From Acidimicrobiia bacterium (GTDB lineage Bacteria; Actinomycetota; Acidimicrobiia; Spongiisociales; ZC4RG35), in assembly GCA_013812505.1 (NCBI GenBank), contig JACCTH010000021.1:24104-88103 (forward strand): 64,000 nt of DNA. Direction: 5' to 3'. Below the pieces are notes generated by a model, which was not told the origin of the DNA, did not search any database, and saw only the letters and a program-made list of their open reading frames with translations. The position numbers and the translations under genes are program-made. Positions 1 through 9,477 of this stretch are shown one piece after another. Position 1 is the stretch's first letter, and each line of letters begins with the position of its first letter.

Positions 1-268
1 AAATTTCCAGACGATCAAAGTGGCGGTGTCTTACGAGAGCGACGACGGCGCCCACGTGGAATTTCCCCGCCAGCATCGGGTGCTGTACAACTGCCGTCCG
101 GTGTATGCGACGTTCGAAGGCTGGGGCGCGGACATCTCAGCTGCTCGCTCTTACGACGACCTCCCTGCCTCAGTCCAGAATTATCTGGGCTTCATCGCCG
201 ATGAGGCCAAGACTCCAATCGGCTGGGTGTCGGTCGGGCCCGAGCGCAGCCAGCTCGTCACGGTATGA
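1..268 (+). CDS. purA: Adenylosuccinate synthetase, C-terminal part (5' end outside window)
   Basis: Frame open from position 2 (NFQTIKVAVSYE). PVYATFEGW...LPASVQNYLGFI...VSVGPERSQ is the PurA C-terminus. The stop overlaps purD. Confidence 0.93.
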   Translation, partial: NFQTIKVAVSYESDDGAHVEFPRQHRVLYNCRPVYATFEGWGADISAARSYDDLPASVQNYLGFIADEAKTPIGWVSVGPERSQLVTV

Positions 269-1494
269 AGGTGCTGTTGTTGGGCGGAGGCGGTCGCGAG
301 CACGCCCTGGGCTGGAAGCTGAGCCAGAGCGACCGGCTGTCCCAGCTCATCTCCGCTCCCGGCAACCCGGGTCTCGGCCAGCTGGGCGAGACGTTGCCTA
401 GTGTTGATCCCACCGACGTCGCTGCGGTTACTCGTCTCGCCGTCGAGCGCGGGGTCGATCTGGTCGTGGTCGGGCCCGAGGCCCCCCTAGCCGCGGGAGT
501 CGTCGATTCGATCACGGCGGCCGGTGTGCCCGTTTGGGGACCGTCGCAACGGGCGGCGGCTCTCGAAACGTCGAAGGCTTTCGCCAAACAGGTCATGGAT
601 GAGGCCGGCGTACCGACCGCCTGCTGGCAGACATTCGACCAGGTCGATCCCGCCCTCGCCTACCTGCGCGCGCAGCAACCTCCATACGTGATCAAAGCCA
701 ACGGGCTGGCCGCAGGCAAAGGCGTGCTGGTGACAACGGATCAAGCGAAGGCTGAGGCGTGGGTATCGCGCTGCCTAGGCGGCGGCTTCGGCGAGCGACG
801 GATCGTCATCGAGGAGTTTCTCCGGGGTCCGGAATTGAGTGTCTTCGCCCTTTGTAGTGGCGACGAGGCCGTCGCCCTCGAACCGGCGCGCGATTTCAAA
901 CGACTGATGGATGGCGATAAGGGTCCCAACACTGGTGGCATGGGGTCCTACTCGCCGGTCACCGGCCTTCCCGGCGGGATCGCCGCGGGAGTGCTCGCCG
1001 ACGTGATCAAACCGGTGCTGAAGACCATGATGAACGACGAGCGGCCATACAACGGCTTTCTTTACGTCGGTCTGGTTCTCACCGAATCGGGGCCGGTAGT
1101 TCTCGAGTTCAACTGCCGGCTCGGAGATCCCGAGACACAGGTGCTGATGCCCCGCTTGGCAAGCGATTTGATCGATCTGATCGAGGCATCATTGGGAGGT
1201 CGCGTTGCTGCCCCGGAGTGGAACGACCTTGCCTGCCTCAACGTGGTTCTCGCCGCCCCCGGCTACCCCGAAGCGTCGATCGCCGGGGTGCGTATCCGGA
1301 TCGGTGATCTTCCGGATCGCTCTCTCGTTTTTCATGCCGGGACGGGCGAGGACCACAACGGTATCTTCGCTCGCGGTGGACGAGTGCTCAACGTCGTTGG
1401 AACCGGGTCCGGGCTGGCCGAGGCCCGCGCGAATGCCTATGCCGCGGTGAAGGCGATCGAGTTCCCCGGCGCGCTGTTTCGGAGGGATATCTAG
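265..1494 (+). CDS. purD: Phosphoribosylamine-glycine ligase
   Basis: MKVLLLGGGGREHAL, VVGPEAPL, KANGLAAGKGV, GPNTGGMG, EFNCRLGDPE, GGRVLNV motifs. Confidence 0.98.
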   Translation: MKVLLLGGGGREHALGWKLSQSDRLSQLISAPGNPGLGQLGETLPSVDPTDVAAVTRLAVERGVDLVVVGPEAPLAAGVVDSITAAGVPVWGPSQRAAALETSKAFAKQVMDEAGVPTACWQTFDQVDPALAYLRAQQPPYVIKANGLAAGKGVLVTTDQAKAEAWVSRCLGGGFGERRIVIEEFLRGPELSVFALCSGDEAVALEPARDFKRLMDGDKGPNTGGMGSYSPVTGLPGGIAAGVLADVIKPVLKTMMNDERPYNGFLYVGLVLTESGPVVLEFNCRLGDPETQVLMPRLASDLIDLIEASLGGRVAAPEWNDLACLNVVLAAPGYPEASIAGVRIRIGDLPDRSLVFHAGTGEDHNGIFARGGRVLNVVGTGSGLAEARANAYAAVKAIEFPGALFRRDI

Positions 1495-1503
1495 GTTGGG
1501 CAG

Positions 1504-1962
1504 GTGAAAGTTGCCATCGTCATGGGTTCGGGGTCTGACCGTCCGATCATGGAGAAGGCCGGCCAGATGCTCGACCGGTTCGGGATCGAATCCTCAACCC
1601 AGGTGCTCTCGGCCCACAAGACTCCCGATGAGGCGATTGCCTTCGCTGAAGGCGCCGCGGCCGAAGGTGTCCAAGTGATCATCGCCGGCGCCGGCAAGGC
1701 CGCTCATCTGGCCGGAGTCATGGCGGCCAAGTCGCTCCTCCCCGTGATCGGGGTTCCGCTCAGCGCCTCGCTCAACGGTCTCGACGCGTTGCTGTCGACG
1801 GTGCAAATGCCGACGGGCATCCCCGTCGCCACGGTGGCGGTTGATGGATCCACCAACGCGGCCCTATTGGCGGTAGCGATCTTGGCGGTTGGGAACGCAG
1901 AGTTGACGGAGAAACTGGCGAGCTACCGGTCCCAGCTCGCGGCCGACACCCTGGCCGGCTAA
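1504..1962 (+). CDS. purE: N5-CAIR mutase / AIR carboxylase
   Basis: [41 protein letters not shown] motifs. Confidence 0.96.
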   Translation: MKVAIVMGSGSDRPIMEKAGQMLDRFGIESSTQVLSAHKTPDEAIAFAEGAAAEGVQVIIAGAGKAAHLAGVMAAKSLLPVIGVPLSASLNGLDALLSTVQMPTGIPVATVAVDGSTNAALLAVAILAVGNAELTEKLASYRSQLAADTLAG

Positions 1963-3140
1963 GCCTTCGCGAGAGCTCCGGCCAATCCGCCGTTGTGCTC
2001 GATGACGACATCGTCGAGCTGCAACCACTCAGCCATCGTCTCTAGTTCCTCATTGATTCGAGGCGCCAGTCGCTCTGGATCCTGTCCTTTCTCGATGTGG
2101 GCGCCGCGCACTAACAATGCGGACGCCGCTCGATCGGCCTTGAGGTCAATCCGGCCAACGAGCTCCCCGTCGAAGAGGATGGGAAACACGTAATAGCCGA
2201 AGACCCGCTTCGGTTGGGGGGTGTAGATCTCGATCCGATAGTGAAAGTCGAAGAGCCGCTCGGTGCGCGGGCGGAACCAGACCACCGGATCGAACGGGCA
2301 AAGAAATGCCACGCCTTTGATGCTTCGTGGTATCGACGCGGACGGATCGAGGTAGACGTTGTCCTTCCAGCCCTCGACCCTGACTTCGATCGCCTCGCCA
2401 TCGGCCACCATCTCTTCGACGATCGTCCGGCACGGCGCGTTGGCCTGGCGGTAATAGTCGGTGAGATCGGCGAAGGTAGCTACTCCCAAGTGGCGCAGGG
2501 ACTTTCGCAAGAGCTCCCGGCGCTGTTCGGGCTCGGCAAGCGAACGGTTGAGAATCTCGGCTGGGAGAATCCGCTCAGTGAGGTCGTAAGTGCGTGCGAA
2601 GTTGATCCGGTTAGGAATTGTCACTTCGCCCTTGAAGAAGAGGTACTCCAACGCCGACTTGGCAAACGACCATTCCCACCATGGACCGAGCCCGGTTGCA
2701 TGATGCTTTTCGATGGCAGCCGGGCGAATCGCACCCTCGCTACGGATCCGGTTGCGAATCTCGTCCATGGCCCCAGGATGAACCTCCAGGTATCCGGTGA
2801 GCGAGCGGAACACCTCCCATGTCTCCATGCGATGTCGGAAGAGGGGCCAATCCTCAATCGGGATCAGGGCAGCCACGTGCGCCCAGTACTCGATCAGCTC
2901 CCGCTTCTCGCCCCACGCCAGCTGATCGAGCAGCTTCATCGGATAATTGCCGAGGCGCGCGAAGAACGGGAGATAGTGAGCGCGGGCCACGATGTTGACC
3001 GAGTCGATCTGTACTACGCCGACTCGGTCGATAACCCGTCTCATGTGGCGCAGCATGACCTTGCCAGTTGGGCGGGGGTCGGCGAATCCCTGGGCGGCGA
3101 GAGCGACACGACGCGCTTGTGAGATCGAAAGCGTGCGCAT
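1959..3140 (-). CDS. ycaQ: YcaQ/AlkZ-family (HTH_42) interstrand-crosslink DNA glycosylase
   Basis: QIDSVNIVARAHY (QxD motif), EYWAH, LCPFDPVVWFR, YRIEIYTP, RVFGYYVFPIL. Confidence 0.88.
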   Translation of the reverse strand: MRTLSISQARRVALAAQGFADPRPTGKVMLRHMRRVIDRVGVVQIDSVNIVARAHYLPFFARLGNYPMKLLDQLAWGEKRELIEYWAHVAALIPIEDWPLFRHRMETWEVFRSLTGYLEVHPGAMDEIRNRIRSEGAIRPAAIEKHHATGLGPWWEWSFAKSALEYLFFKGEVTIPNRINFARTYDLTERILPAEILNRSLAEPEQRRELLRKSLRHLGVATFADLTDYYRQANAPCRTIVEEMVADGEAIEVRVEGWKDNVYLDPSASIPRSIKGVAFLCPFDPVVWFRPRTERLFDFHYRIEIYTPQPKRVFGYYVFPILFDGELVGRIDLKADRAASALLVRGAHIEKGQDPERLAPRINEELETMAEWLQLDDVVIEHNGGLAGALAKA

Positions 3141-3170
3141 GGAACCGGCGAGGGTAGGTCGTGGGAAAGA

Positions 3171-4919
3171 TCAGAAGTTCGAGTTGGCGAAATCCTCACG
3201 GGTCAAGGGAAAGCAGAATTCAGACTCGAGGATCTGCAAAGGACAGCTAGCGCCTCCAACAGAAAGGACAAACGAGTCGACGCTCGGATCAGAGAACACG
3301 GTTCCAAAGAGCGAGGTAAAGAAGACCCCGGAACCATGCGATGTGGAGAGGTTGTTCACGTGCTCGAGGCCACCGATTTCCATGTCCAAGGTCCCGCCGT
3401 CGCGCGAGAGTGTGATGGATTCCATCACGCCGGGATATGGACGGAAGTCCCAGCCTTCGAACCCACTGAGCGCCTCTTCGTCGGTCGGTCCAGATGCCCA
3501 TTCTCGAAGAGCGTCCTCGGCTGTCAGCACACCTTCTCGAGGAAAGACCCAGCCGCCGAAGAACCCTGAACCAGCGCTCGTCAGCTGGCAAACAAAGAGC
3601 GGCCCTGGCGCGGAGTGAACTGCCAGCGCTGTGCGCAGGTCGACGCAAGCAGGGATCTCCCGTACTTCCTCGTCTGAAGTGCCCTGATCGAGCCCAACTT
3701 CGGCCCACAAAGGATGCCATGAGAGACCGCTATCCCAGGTAGCCCAGAGGCCATCGGTGGTGCGAAGCCAAGCGTCGGTGGTGTCGAATGCCAACAAGTC
3801 GAGAACGTCGGAATCCGGCCGCCCAGCGGTCCTGACCGATACAGTCGAGCCCTCGGTGAGGGTGGTGACGACGCCCGAGGTTGGCTGCCCGACAACCCAC
3901 CACCGAGCTTCGTCCAGGAAATCAGCCGACCAGGTGGTGGCATTGGTTTCTGGGTTTGCCGACGTATCAATCGCAGTTGCGAACTGCCAACTGGCAGCCC
4001 CGTCGGCTGACGTATAGACAACGACCGCATCCATAATCCCGTCGTTCAGGCCTACCGCAACGCGACCCTGATCTCCAAACATCTCGGGGAGTTGAAACTC
4101 GACCTTTGCGGAACCGGTCCATGGTGGCAGGGAGATCGCGATATCGCTCCAAGTCAATCCACCATCATTGGTCTGACTCACGCCCTGGGATTGGCTCAGC
4201 GGATCGGGAAAAACACCACCGCCCAACCAACCTCTGCCATCGGCGAGAAAGGAAATCTCGCCTGGGCGAGGCAACGAGTCATTCACGACCGCCCATGACT
4301 TTCCAGAGTCCGACGTCGAATGAAGCGAAGCGAACCCGGAGGCCGGCGGCACAAACACGGACAACCAGCCAACTTGTTCCTCGACGAAGTCGAGTTCAAT
4401 CGTGCTGCCGGCATGGTGAAGAGTGGAGAGATCCTCTGCCATCGTCATCCAGTTATCGCCGCCATCAGCTGACTTCAGGATCGCCGATCCCATTGCGGGG
4501 TTGTTCACCACGACAAAGATCGTTAGCTCACCCACAAGCTCAATATCTACAATGTTGTCCCAGGACACCGGGCCTAGCGGAGGGGTTATGTTTTGCCAGG
4601 TTTGCCCTCGGTCGTCGGTTCGAAACAGAGCAGGATGAAATTCCGCCATGAACCCGTCGACGGGCTCCTCCAGCAATGCTGCCGCTACGCCTATGCCGGA
4701 TGATCCAATTTCTGCGATTTCAAGCCGGACGTGAGCCGTTCTCACCGTGGATGGCGCAGGGAGGGTTGTGGATGTCGATGCATCGTGGGGTGTGGATGTC
4801 GATACGTCGATCGCTTGATCGACACTCCCGTCGGTGCTGCCCGCCGAGCACGACCCAAGCGCAACCACGAGGCCGAGAGTCGAGAACCGACGACCCCGGA
4901 TTGTGCTTCGAGGCAACAT
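3171..4919 (-). CDS. Lipoprotein with Asp-box (BNR) beta-propeller and C-terminal GerMN-like domain
   Basis: Lipobox ALGSC and Ser/Thr linker. Six Asp-boxes (TDDRGQTW, SADGGDNW, TSDSGKSW, TNDGGLTW, SADGAASW, TWDSGLSW). C-terminal ALREWASGPTDEE...TVFSDPSVDSF is GerMN-like. Confidence 0.65.
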   Translation of the reverse strand: MLPRSTIRGRRFSTLGLVVALGSCSAGSTDGSVDQAIDVSTSTPHDASTSTTLPAPSTVRTAHVRLEIAEIGSSGIGVAAALLEEPVDGFMAEFHPALFRTDDRGQTWQNITPPLGPVSWDNIVDIELVGELTIFVVVNNPAMGSAILKSADGGDNWMTMAEDLSTLHHAGSTIELDFVEEQVGWLSVFVPPASGFASLHSTSDSGKSWAVVNDSLPRPGEISFLADGRGWLGGGVFPDPLSQSQGVSQTNDGGLTWSDIAISLPPWTGSAKVEFQLPEMFGDQGRVAVGLNDGIMDAVVVYTSADGAASWQFATAIDTSANPETNATTWSADFLDEARWWVVGQPTSGVVTTLTEGSTVSVRTAGRPDSDVLDLLAFDTTDAWLRTTDGLWATWDSGLSWHPLWAEVGLDQGTSDEEVREIPACVDLRTALAVHSAPGPLFVCQLTSAGSGFFGGWVFPREGVLTAEDALREWASGPTDEEALSGFEGWDFRPYPGVMESITLSRDGGTLDMEIGGLEHVNNLSTSHGSGVFFTSLFGTVFSDPSVDSFVLSVGGASCPLQILESEFCFPLTREDFANSNF

Positions 4920-4974
4920 TGTCCCTAAGACGCAACTGCGGCCGCCCGAGTTCCCCTGGTTAGCCTGCCGCCCA

Positions 4975-6273
4975 GTGATAGGGCGCTACTCATTGCCGGA
5001 GATGGCTCGCCTATGGACCGACGAGCACAAGCTCGAGGTTTGGAAAGAGGTAGAGAGTGCCGCCCTGGAGGCATGGGTGAAGGCTGGAACCGTGCCCTCC
5101 GAGGCGCTTTTGGCGGTCCGTCGCGCCCCTACCCCGACGCCGGCCGAGGTCCTCGCCAGGGAAAAGATCACCGATCACGACCTGGCGGCGTTCGTCGATC
5201 TCCTGGCGGGGGCGAGTGGGGAGATGGGCCGCTGGGTCCATTTCGGGCTGACATCATCGGACGTCCTCGACACCGCGCTAGGCGTCGTCCTCGCGGAGGC
5301 CGGCGACTTACTGGCGGCCTCGGTAGCCGCAGTTTTCGAAACGGTACGGCGCCGGGCCCTGGAGGAAAAAGACACCGTCATCCTTGGCCGGACCCATGGC
5401 GTCTGGGCCGAACCGACGTCGTTGGGTCTCAAGCTGGCGAGCTGGGCATTTGAACTAAGCCGCGCCCACGAACGAATGGTGCGCGCGACCGCGGTCGCCG
5501 CGGTCGGCAAGATCTCCGGCGCCGTTGGCAGCTACGCGCATTCGCCTCCGGAGATCGAAGCCTTTGTCTGCCAACAGCTCGGTCTCGGGATTGAACCCGC
5601 CTCTACGCAAGTGACAGCTCGGGATCGACACGCGGAATTCCTTTTAGCTATCGCCCTGGTCGGCGCGAGCCTGGAACGGATGGCAACCGAGATCCGTCAC
5701 TTGCAGCGGTCCGAGGTAAGAGAGATGCGTGAACCCTTCAGCATGGGCCAAAAAGGGTCGTCGGCTATGCCCCATAAGCGCAATCCGATCGTGTCGGAGC
5801 GGATCGTTGGTATGTCTCGCTTGCTGCGCGGCTATGCCCAGGCTGGTTTGGAGAACGTCGCTCTCTGGCATGAGCGAGACATCAGCCACTCCTCCGCTGA
5901 GCGGGTGGCTTTGCCGGACGCGTGCCTTTTAGCCCACTACATGCTGGTGAAAATGGAACGTCTGGTCGACGGGCTCGTGATCGATCGTGAACGGATGCGA
6001 CGCAATCTCGAAAGCACCGGGGGGTTGGTCTATAGCCAAGCTGTCTTGCTGGCTCTGATCGAGGACGGACTGTCGCGCGATATCGCCTACCGGATCGTGC
6101 AGGAGAACGCCATGCGGACGTGGGAGGACAAAACGCCGCTGCTCGAATTGCTCTTGGTGGATCCCAGGGTCCAACTCGCCCCCGAAAGGTTGCGAGCTTG
6201 TTTCGACCCTGCCCTGCAGCACACCTCGATCATTTTTGATCGACTAGCCGACACCGTTCTTCGGGCTCGATGA
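4975..6273 (+). CDS. purB: Adenylosuccinate lyase (start moved to GTG 4975)
   Basis: (M)IGRYSLPEMARLW, HFGLTSSDVLDTA, GRTHG, GSSAMPHKRNP signature, LWHERDISHSSAER. Confidence 0.96.
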   Translation: MIGRYSLPEMARLWTDEHKLEVWKEVESAALEAWVKAGTVPSEALLAVRRAPTPTPAEVLAREKITDHDLAAFVDLLAGASGEMGRWVHFGLTSSDVLDTALGVVLAEAGDLLAASVAAVFETVRRRALEEKDTVILGRTHGVWAEPTSLGLKLASWAFELSRAHERMVRATAVAAVGKISGAVGSYAHSPPEIEAFVCQQLGLGIEPASTQVTARDRHAEFLLAIALVGASLERMATEIRHLQRSEVREMREPFSMGQKGSSAMPHKRNPIVSERIVGMSRLLRGYAQAGLENVALWHERDISHSSAERVALPDACLLAHYMLVKMERLVDGLVIDRERMRRNLESTGGLVYSQAVLLALIEDGLSRDIAYRIVQENAMRTWEDKTPLLELLLVDPRVQLAPERLRACFDPALQHTSIIFDRLADTVLRAR

Positions 6274-8420
6274 CCGAAACCTTCGGCGCCGCCAGCCATA
6301 ACGATCTCCTTCACCTCCTGGTGATGGTGGCTGTCCTCCTGGCCAGTGCCCGGCTGCTGGGGGAGGTGTTTTCCCGATTGAGACAGCCGACCGTGATCGG
6401 CGAGATCATGGCCGGAGTGATCCTCGGTCCGTCTGTGCTCGGTGCGCTCGCCCCCGGCTTGGCCGCCTGGACGCTTCCGCAAAACGCAACCCAAGGACAT
6501 TTGCTCGAGCTGGTGGGCTTGATCGGAGTCATGCTGTTGCTAGTGGTAATTGGGATCGAAACCGATCTCGTCCTGATCCGACGGAAGGCTCGCACCGCGA
6601 TCGGAGTCTCGGTCGGAGGGTTGATCCTCCCGCTGATCATGGGCCTTTTGTTGGGGCTCGTGTTCCCCGCCGATCTCCTGGCCGATCCCAATCAGCGGAC
6701 GGTCTTCGCTCTCTTCCTCGCCGCCGCCATGTCGATCACCGCCATTCCGGTCTTGGCCAAAGTTTTGATCGACCTGGGGATGATGCGCCGTGACATTGGC
6801 CAGACGATGCTGGCCGCGGCGATGGTCGACGACCTCGCCGGATGGACATTGTTAGGGATCATCACCTCGCTGGCGTCAGTCGGGCGTCTCGAAGCCGGTG
6901 CCGTGGCGATCTCGCTTTTGACTGTGGCTGGGTTTGTGGCTGTCACTGCTCTGGCCGGCCGGGTGCTCGTCACCCGGACGCTGGCGGTTGTGCAGGACCG
7001 GCTGACCAGCCGCGACCGCTTGCTCACAGTTGTGATCGTCTTGGCCTTTGCGTGGGCGGCGTTCTCACAATGGCTCGGGCTCGAGCCGGTGATCGGCGCC
7101 TTTGCCATCGGGATTCTGTTCGGTCAGATGCGACGCCTGCCGGCCAATGTCCCTCAGCGATTGGAATCGGTGGCGTTGGGAGTCTTCGGCCCCATCTTCT
7201 TCGCAATCGCGGGCCTCAAGGTAAACGTGCCGAATCTTGCGCAACCACGGCTGCTCGGGTTTACAGCCATCGTCATCTTGGTCGCGACGGTTTCGAAGGT
7301 GGTGGGCGCTTATGTAGGTGCTCGCTACCTCTCCGGGCAGAAGCCGTTGATCGCGCTGGCATACGGCGTTGGCATGAATGCTCGCGGCGCGGTCGGGTTC
7401 ATTATCGGCGCGGTTGGTCTCGCACTCGGATTGATCTCCCAAGACGTCTACTCGATGATCGTGGTGATGGCAGTGGTCACCTCGATCATGGCCCCCTTCG
7501 GCTTGCGGGCGATATTCCGCCGTATCGCGCCCGAGGGCCAGGAGCTTGTCCGCTTAGCGCGGGAGAGCGCTTCCGAAGGGACGTTGATCGCCGGAATCCG
7601 GCGGGTGCTGCTGCCGGTTCGTCCACGCCCGGGCACCTTTGGCGGCGCCACGGCGTTTGGAGGCGCGCAGGCGATTGAGGCCATCCTGCTCGGAAAGCTC
7701 GCTCGCCGGCACGGGCTGGCAGTGACGCTGTTCTCGGTGGGCTCCCGCCAGGCCTACGAATTCTTGGGAAGCATCGAGCATCTCTTTACCAGGGCGGAAG
7801 TGACCAAACGGGTGGTCGAGAGCGACAACGCCGTAACGGCTGTGATCAACGAGGCGCAACGCGACTACGACCTCGTAGTGTTGGGAGCGACCGAGATCGA
7901 CAGCACCGCCGAAGCCCTATTCGGCGGCATAGTGGACGAGGTTGTGCGACTGGCCCCGGTGCCGACGATGGTGGTGCGCGGCGGGAACATCACTGAGAGC
8001 TGGCGCCCGCGGCGGATTGTGGTTCCCACCGACGGAACCCCCAATTCGCGGAGAGCAGCCGAGTTGGCGTTCGCCGTCGCCGACCGCGATTCGGTCGTGA
8101 CGATCGTCCACGTGGTCACCCGCCATTCGTCGATCACGGGCAGCTTTCGAGATCGCGCCGCGGCGCGACACGAGATCGGCCACCAACTCACCGCCGACTT
8201 GCGCCAGCTGGGGGAATCGATCGGCATCGCTACCGAGACCGAGGTGAGGATGGGCCCCGAGCCAGAGGACGCCATCCTCGAAACGGCCCGCCGGACCCAA
8301 GCCGACCTCGTCATCCTGGGAACAGGCGTACGCGCCGCTTCCAGCCGCCTCTTCCTGGGCCCCCGCGTCGAGCGCATCCTCACCGCCTGCCCCTGCCCGG
8401 TCGTGGTATTGAACACCTAA
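6270..8420 (+). CDS. Cation:proton antiporter (CPA2/KefB-like) with two C-terminal universal stress protein domains
   Basis: About 12 TM helices with QPTVIGEIMAGVILGPS, SITAIPVLAKVL, AAMVDD, MNARG. USP-like DLVVLGA and RIVVPTDG...DLVILG...CPVVV. Confidence 0.9.
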   Translation: MTETFGAASHNDLLHLLVMVAVLLASARLLGEVFSRLRQPTVIGEIMAGVILGPSVLGALAPGLAAWTLPQNATQGHLLELVGLIGVMLLLVVIGIETDLVLIRRKARTAIGVSVGGLILPLIMGLLLGLVFPADLLADPNQRTVFALFLAAAMSITAIPVLAKVLIDLGMMRRDIGQTMLAAAMVDDLAGWTLLGIITSLASVGRLEAGAVAISLLTVAGFVAVTALAGRVLVTRTLAVVQDRLTSRDRLLTVVIVLAFAWAAFSQWLGLEPVIGAFAIGILFGQMRRLPANVPQRLESVALGVFGPIFFAIAGLKVNVPNLAQPRLLGFTAIVILVATVSKVVGAYVGARYLSGQKPLIALAYGVGMNARGAVGFIIGAVGLALGLISQDVYSMIVVMAVVTSIMAPFGLRAIFRRIAPEGQELVRLARESASEGTLIAGIRRVLLPVRPRPGTFGGATAFGGAQAIEAILLGKLARRHGLAVTLFSVGSRQAYEFLGSIEHLFTRAEVTKRVVESDNAVTAVINEAQRDYDLVVLGATEIDSTAEALFGGIVDEVVRLAPVPTMVVRGGNITESWRPRRIVVPTDGTPNSRRAAELAFAVADRDSVVTIVHVVTRHSSITGSFRDRAAARHEIGHQLTADLRQLGESIGIATETEVRMGPEPEDAILETARRTQADLVILGTGVRAASSRLFLGPRVERILTACPCPVVVLNT

Positions 8421-8422
8421 CT

Positions 8423-8472
8423 GCGAACCCTGGGTTCGCAGCGTTGTTGTACAACGACCCCAGCCCACAGAA
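8423..8472. repeat. Left inverted end of nuclease gene: hairpin A (GCGAACC-CTG-GGTTCGC) plus hairpin B (CGTTG-TTGTA-CAACG)
   Basis: 41/50 identical to the reverse complement of 9428-9477 by manual alignment. Confidence 0.85.
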
Positions 8473-8516
8473 TCGAACCCCTTCCAACGCGTCTCGATCT
8501 CTGGCACGGTTGCTCG

Positions 8517-9419
8517 ATGAAGATCGACTACGAGTTGGGTGAGCTCGCGACATCACAGGCGGGCTATCTCGGTCACGACCAGGCCGTGAGCCGTGGGCTT
8601 AGCGAAGGTGCCATCCGTTGGCGGGTGGAACAGAACATCTGGGCGCCGGCCGGACGCGGCCTCTATCGCGTCAACGGCATAACCGGCGATTATCGGGGCG
8701 TACTTCGGGGAGCCATGGCAATCCTGCCCGATCCGACCGTGTCACACGAGTCGGCGGCGGAAGCACATGACATGAAGTTCGTGCGAAGAGAACTGGCCGT
8801 CGTTACGGTTCATGCCGGCACCACCCACGAGTTCCCCGGCGTGAAGATCCATCGTTCGATCGATCTCTTTCCCGACCACCGGTCACTTGTCTCCGGCCTC
8901 AACACCACCACGCCAGCTCGAACACTTAATGACCTGGCAGCCGTGCTTCGTCCCGAGCACATGGCACGGGTCCTGGACGAAGAACTGGCCGCCAGTCCCG
9001 GCCTCATCGACGAAGTTCAGACGGTATTCGGAGAAGTGGCAAGGCGCGGACGGAACGGCTCGGGCCTCATGCGATCGCTGCTTGACGAACGGGTTGGTTC
9101 GAGTCTGATCAGTGCGACGAAACTGGAACGTGTCGGGATGAACGTCTTCGACGTTGGCGGACTCCCGCGGCCGGTGTTTCAGTACCCGGCGCCGTGGGAC
9201 CCATCTCGGCGGATCGACTTCGCGTGGCCGTTTTGTCGGGTCGGCTGCGAATGCGATAGCCGTCGTTGGCATACCCGAGTCAACGATTTTCAGAACGATC
9301 GCGCCCGCGACAATCTCGCCCTGAATCACAACTGGCGCATCTACCGGTTCACCTGGGAGGACTTTCGCTTACGCCCTGCGATGGTCGTTGCCCAACTGCA
9401 AGCGGCGCTCGCGGCATAA
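8517..9419 (+). CDS. AbiEi-like N-terminal domain / DUF559 (Vsr-like PD-(D/E)xK) nuclease-family protein
   Basis: N-terminal LATSQAGYL...GRGLYRV, SHESAA, TTPARTLNDLA. C-terminal RIDFAWP..VGCECDSRRWH..DRARDN..WRIYRFTWED. Confidence 0.82.
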   Translation: MKIDYELGELATSQAGYLGHDQAVSRGLSEGAIRWRVEQNIWAPAGRGLYRVNGITGDYRGVLRGAMAILPDPTVSHESAAEAHDMKFVRRELAVVTVHAGTTHEFPGVKIHRSIDLFPDHRSLVSGLNTTTPARTLNDLAAVLRPEHMARVLDEELAASPGLIDEVQTVFGEVARRGRNGSGLMRSLLDERVGSSLISATKLERVGMNVFDVGGLPRPVFQYPAPWDPSRRIDFAWPFCRVGCECDSRRWHTRVNDFQNDRARDNLALNHNWRIYRFTWEDFRLRPAMVVAQLQAALAA

Positions 9420-9427
9420 TTTCGTCG

Positions 9428-9477
9428 TTCTGTGGGCTGGAGTCGTTGTTGTACAACGACCCGAACCCTGGGTTTGC
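9428..9477. repeat. Right inverted end of nuclease gene: hairpin B plus hairpin A
   Basis: TTCTGTGGGCTGGAGTCGTTGTTGTACAACGACCCGAACCCTGGGTTTGC is the inverted counterpart of 8423-8472. Confidence 0.85.

Noticed and set aside
4768-4810. GTGGATGTCGAT repeat
   Set aside because: Encodes the low-complexity Ser/Thr linker of the lipoprotein.
7638-7673. 18-nt imperfect duplication (FGGATA/FGGAQA) in the antiporter
   Set aside because: Short in-frame slippage in a loop; no sign of function.
8517-9419. Type IV toxin-antitoxin (AbiE) module
   Set aside because: No AbiEii nucleotidyltransferase partner nearby; the protein carries its own C-terminal nuclease-like domain.
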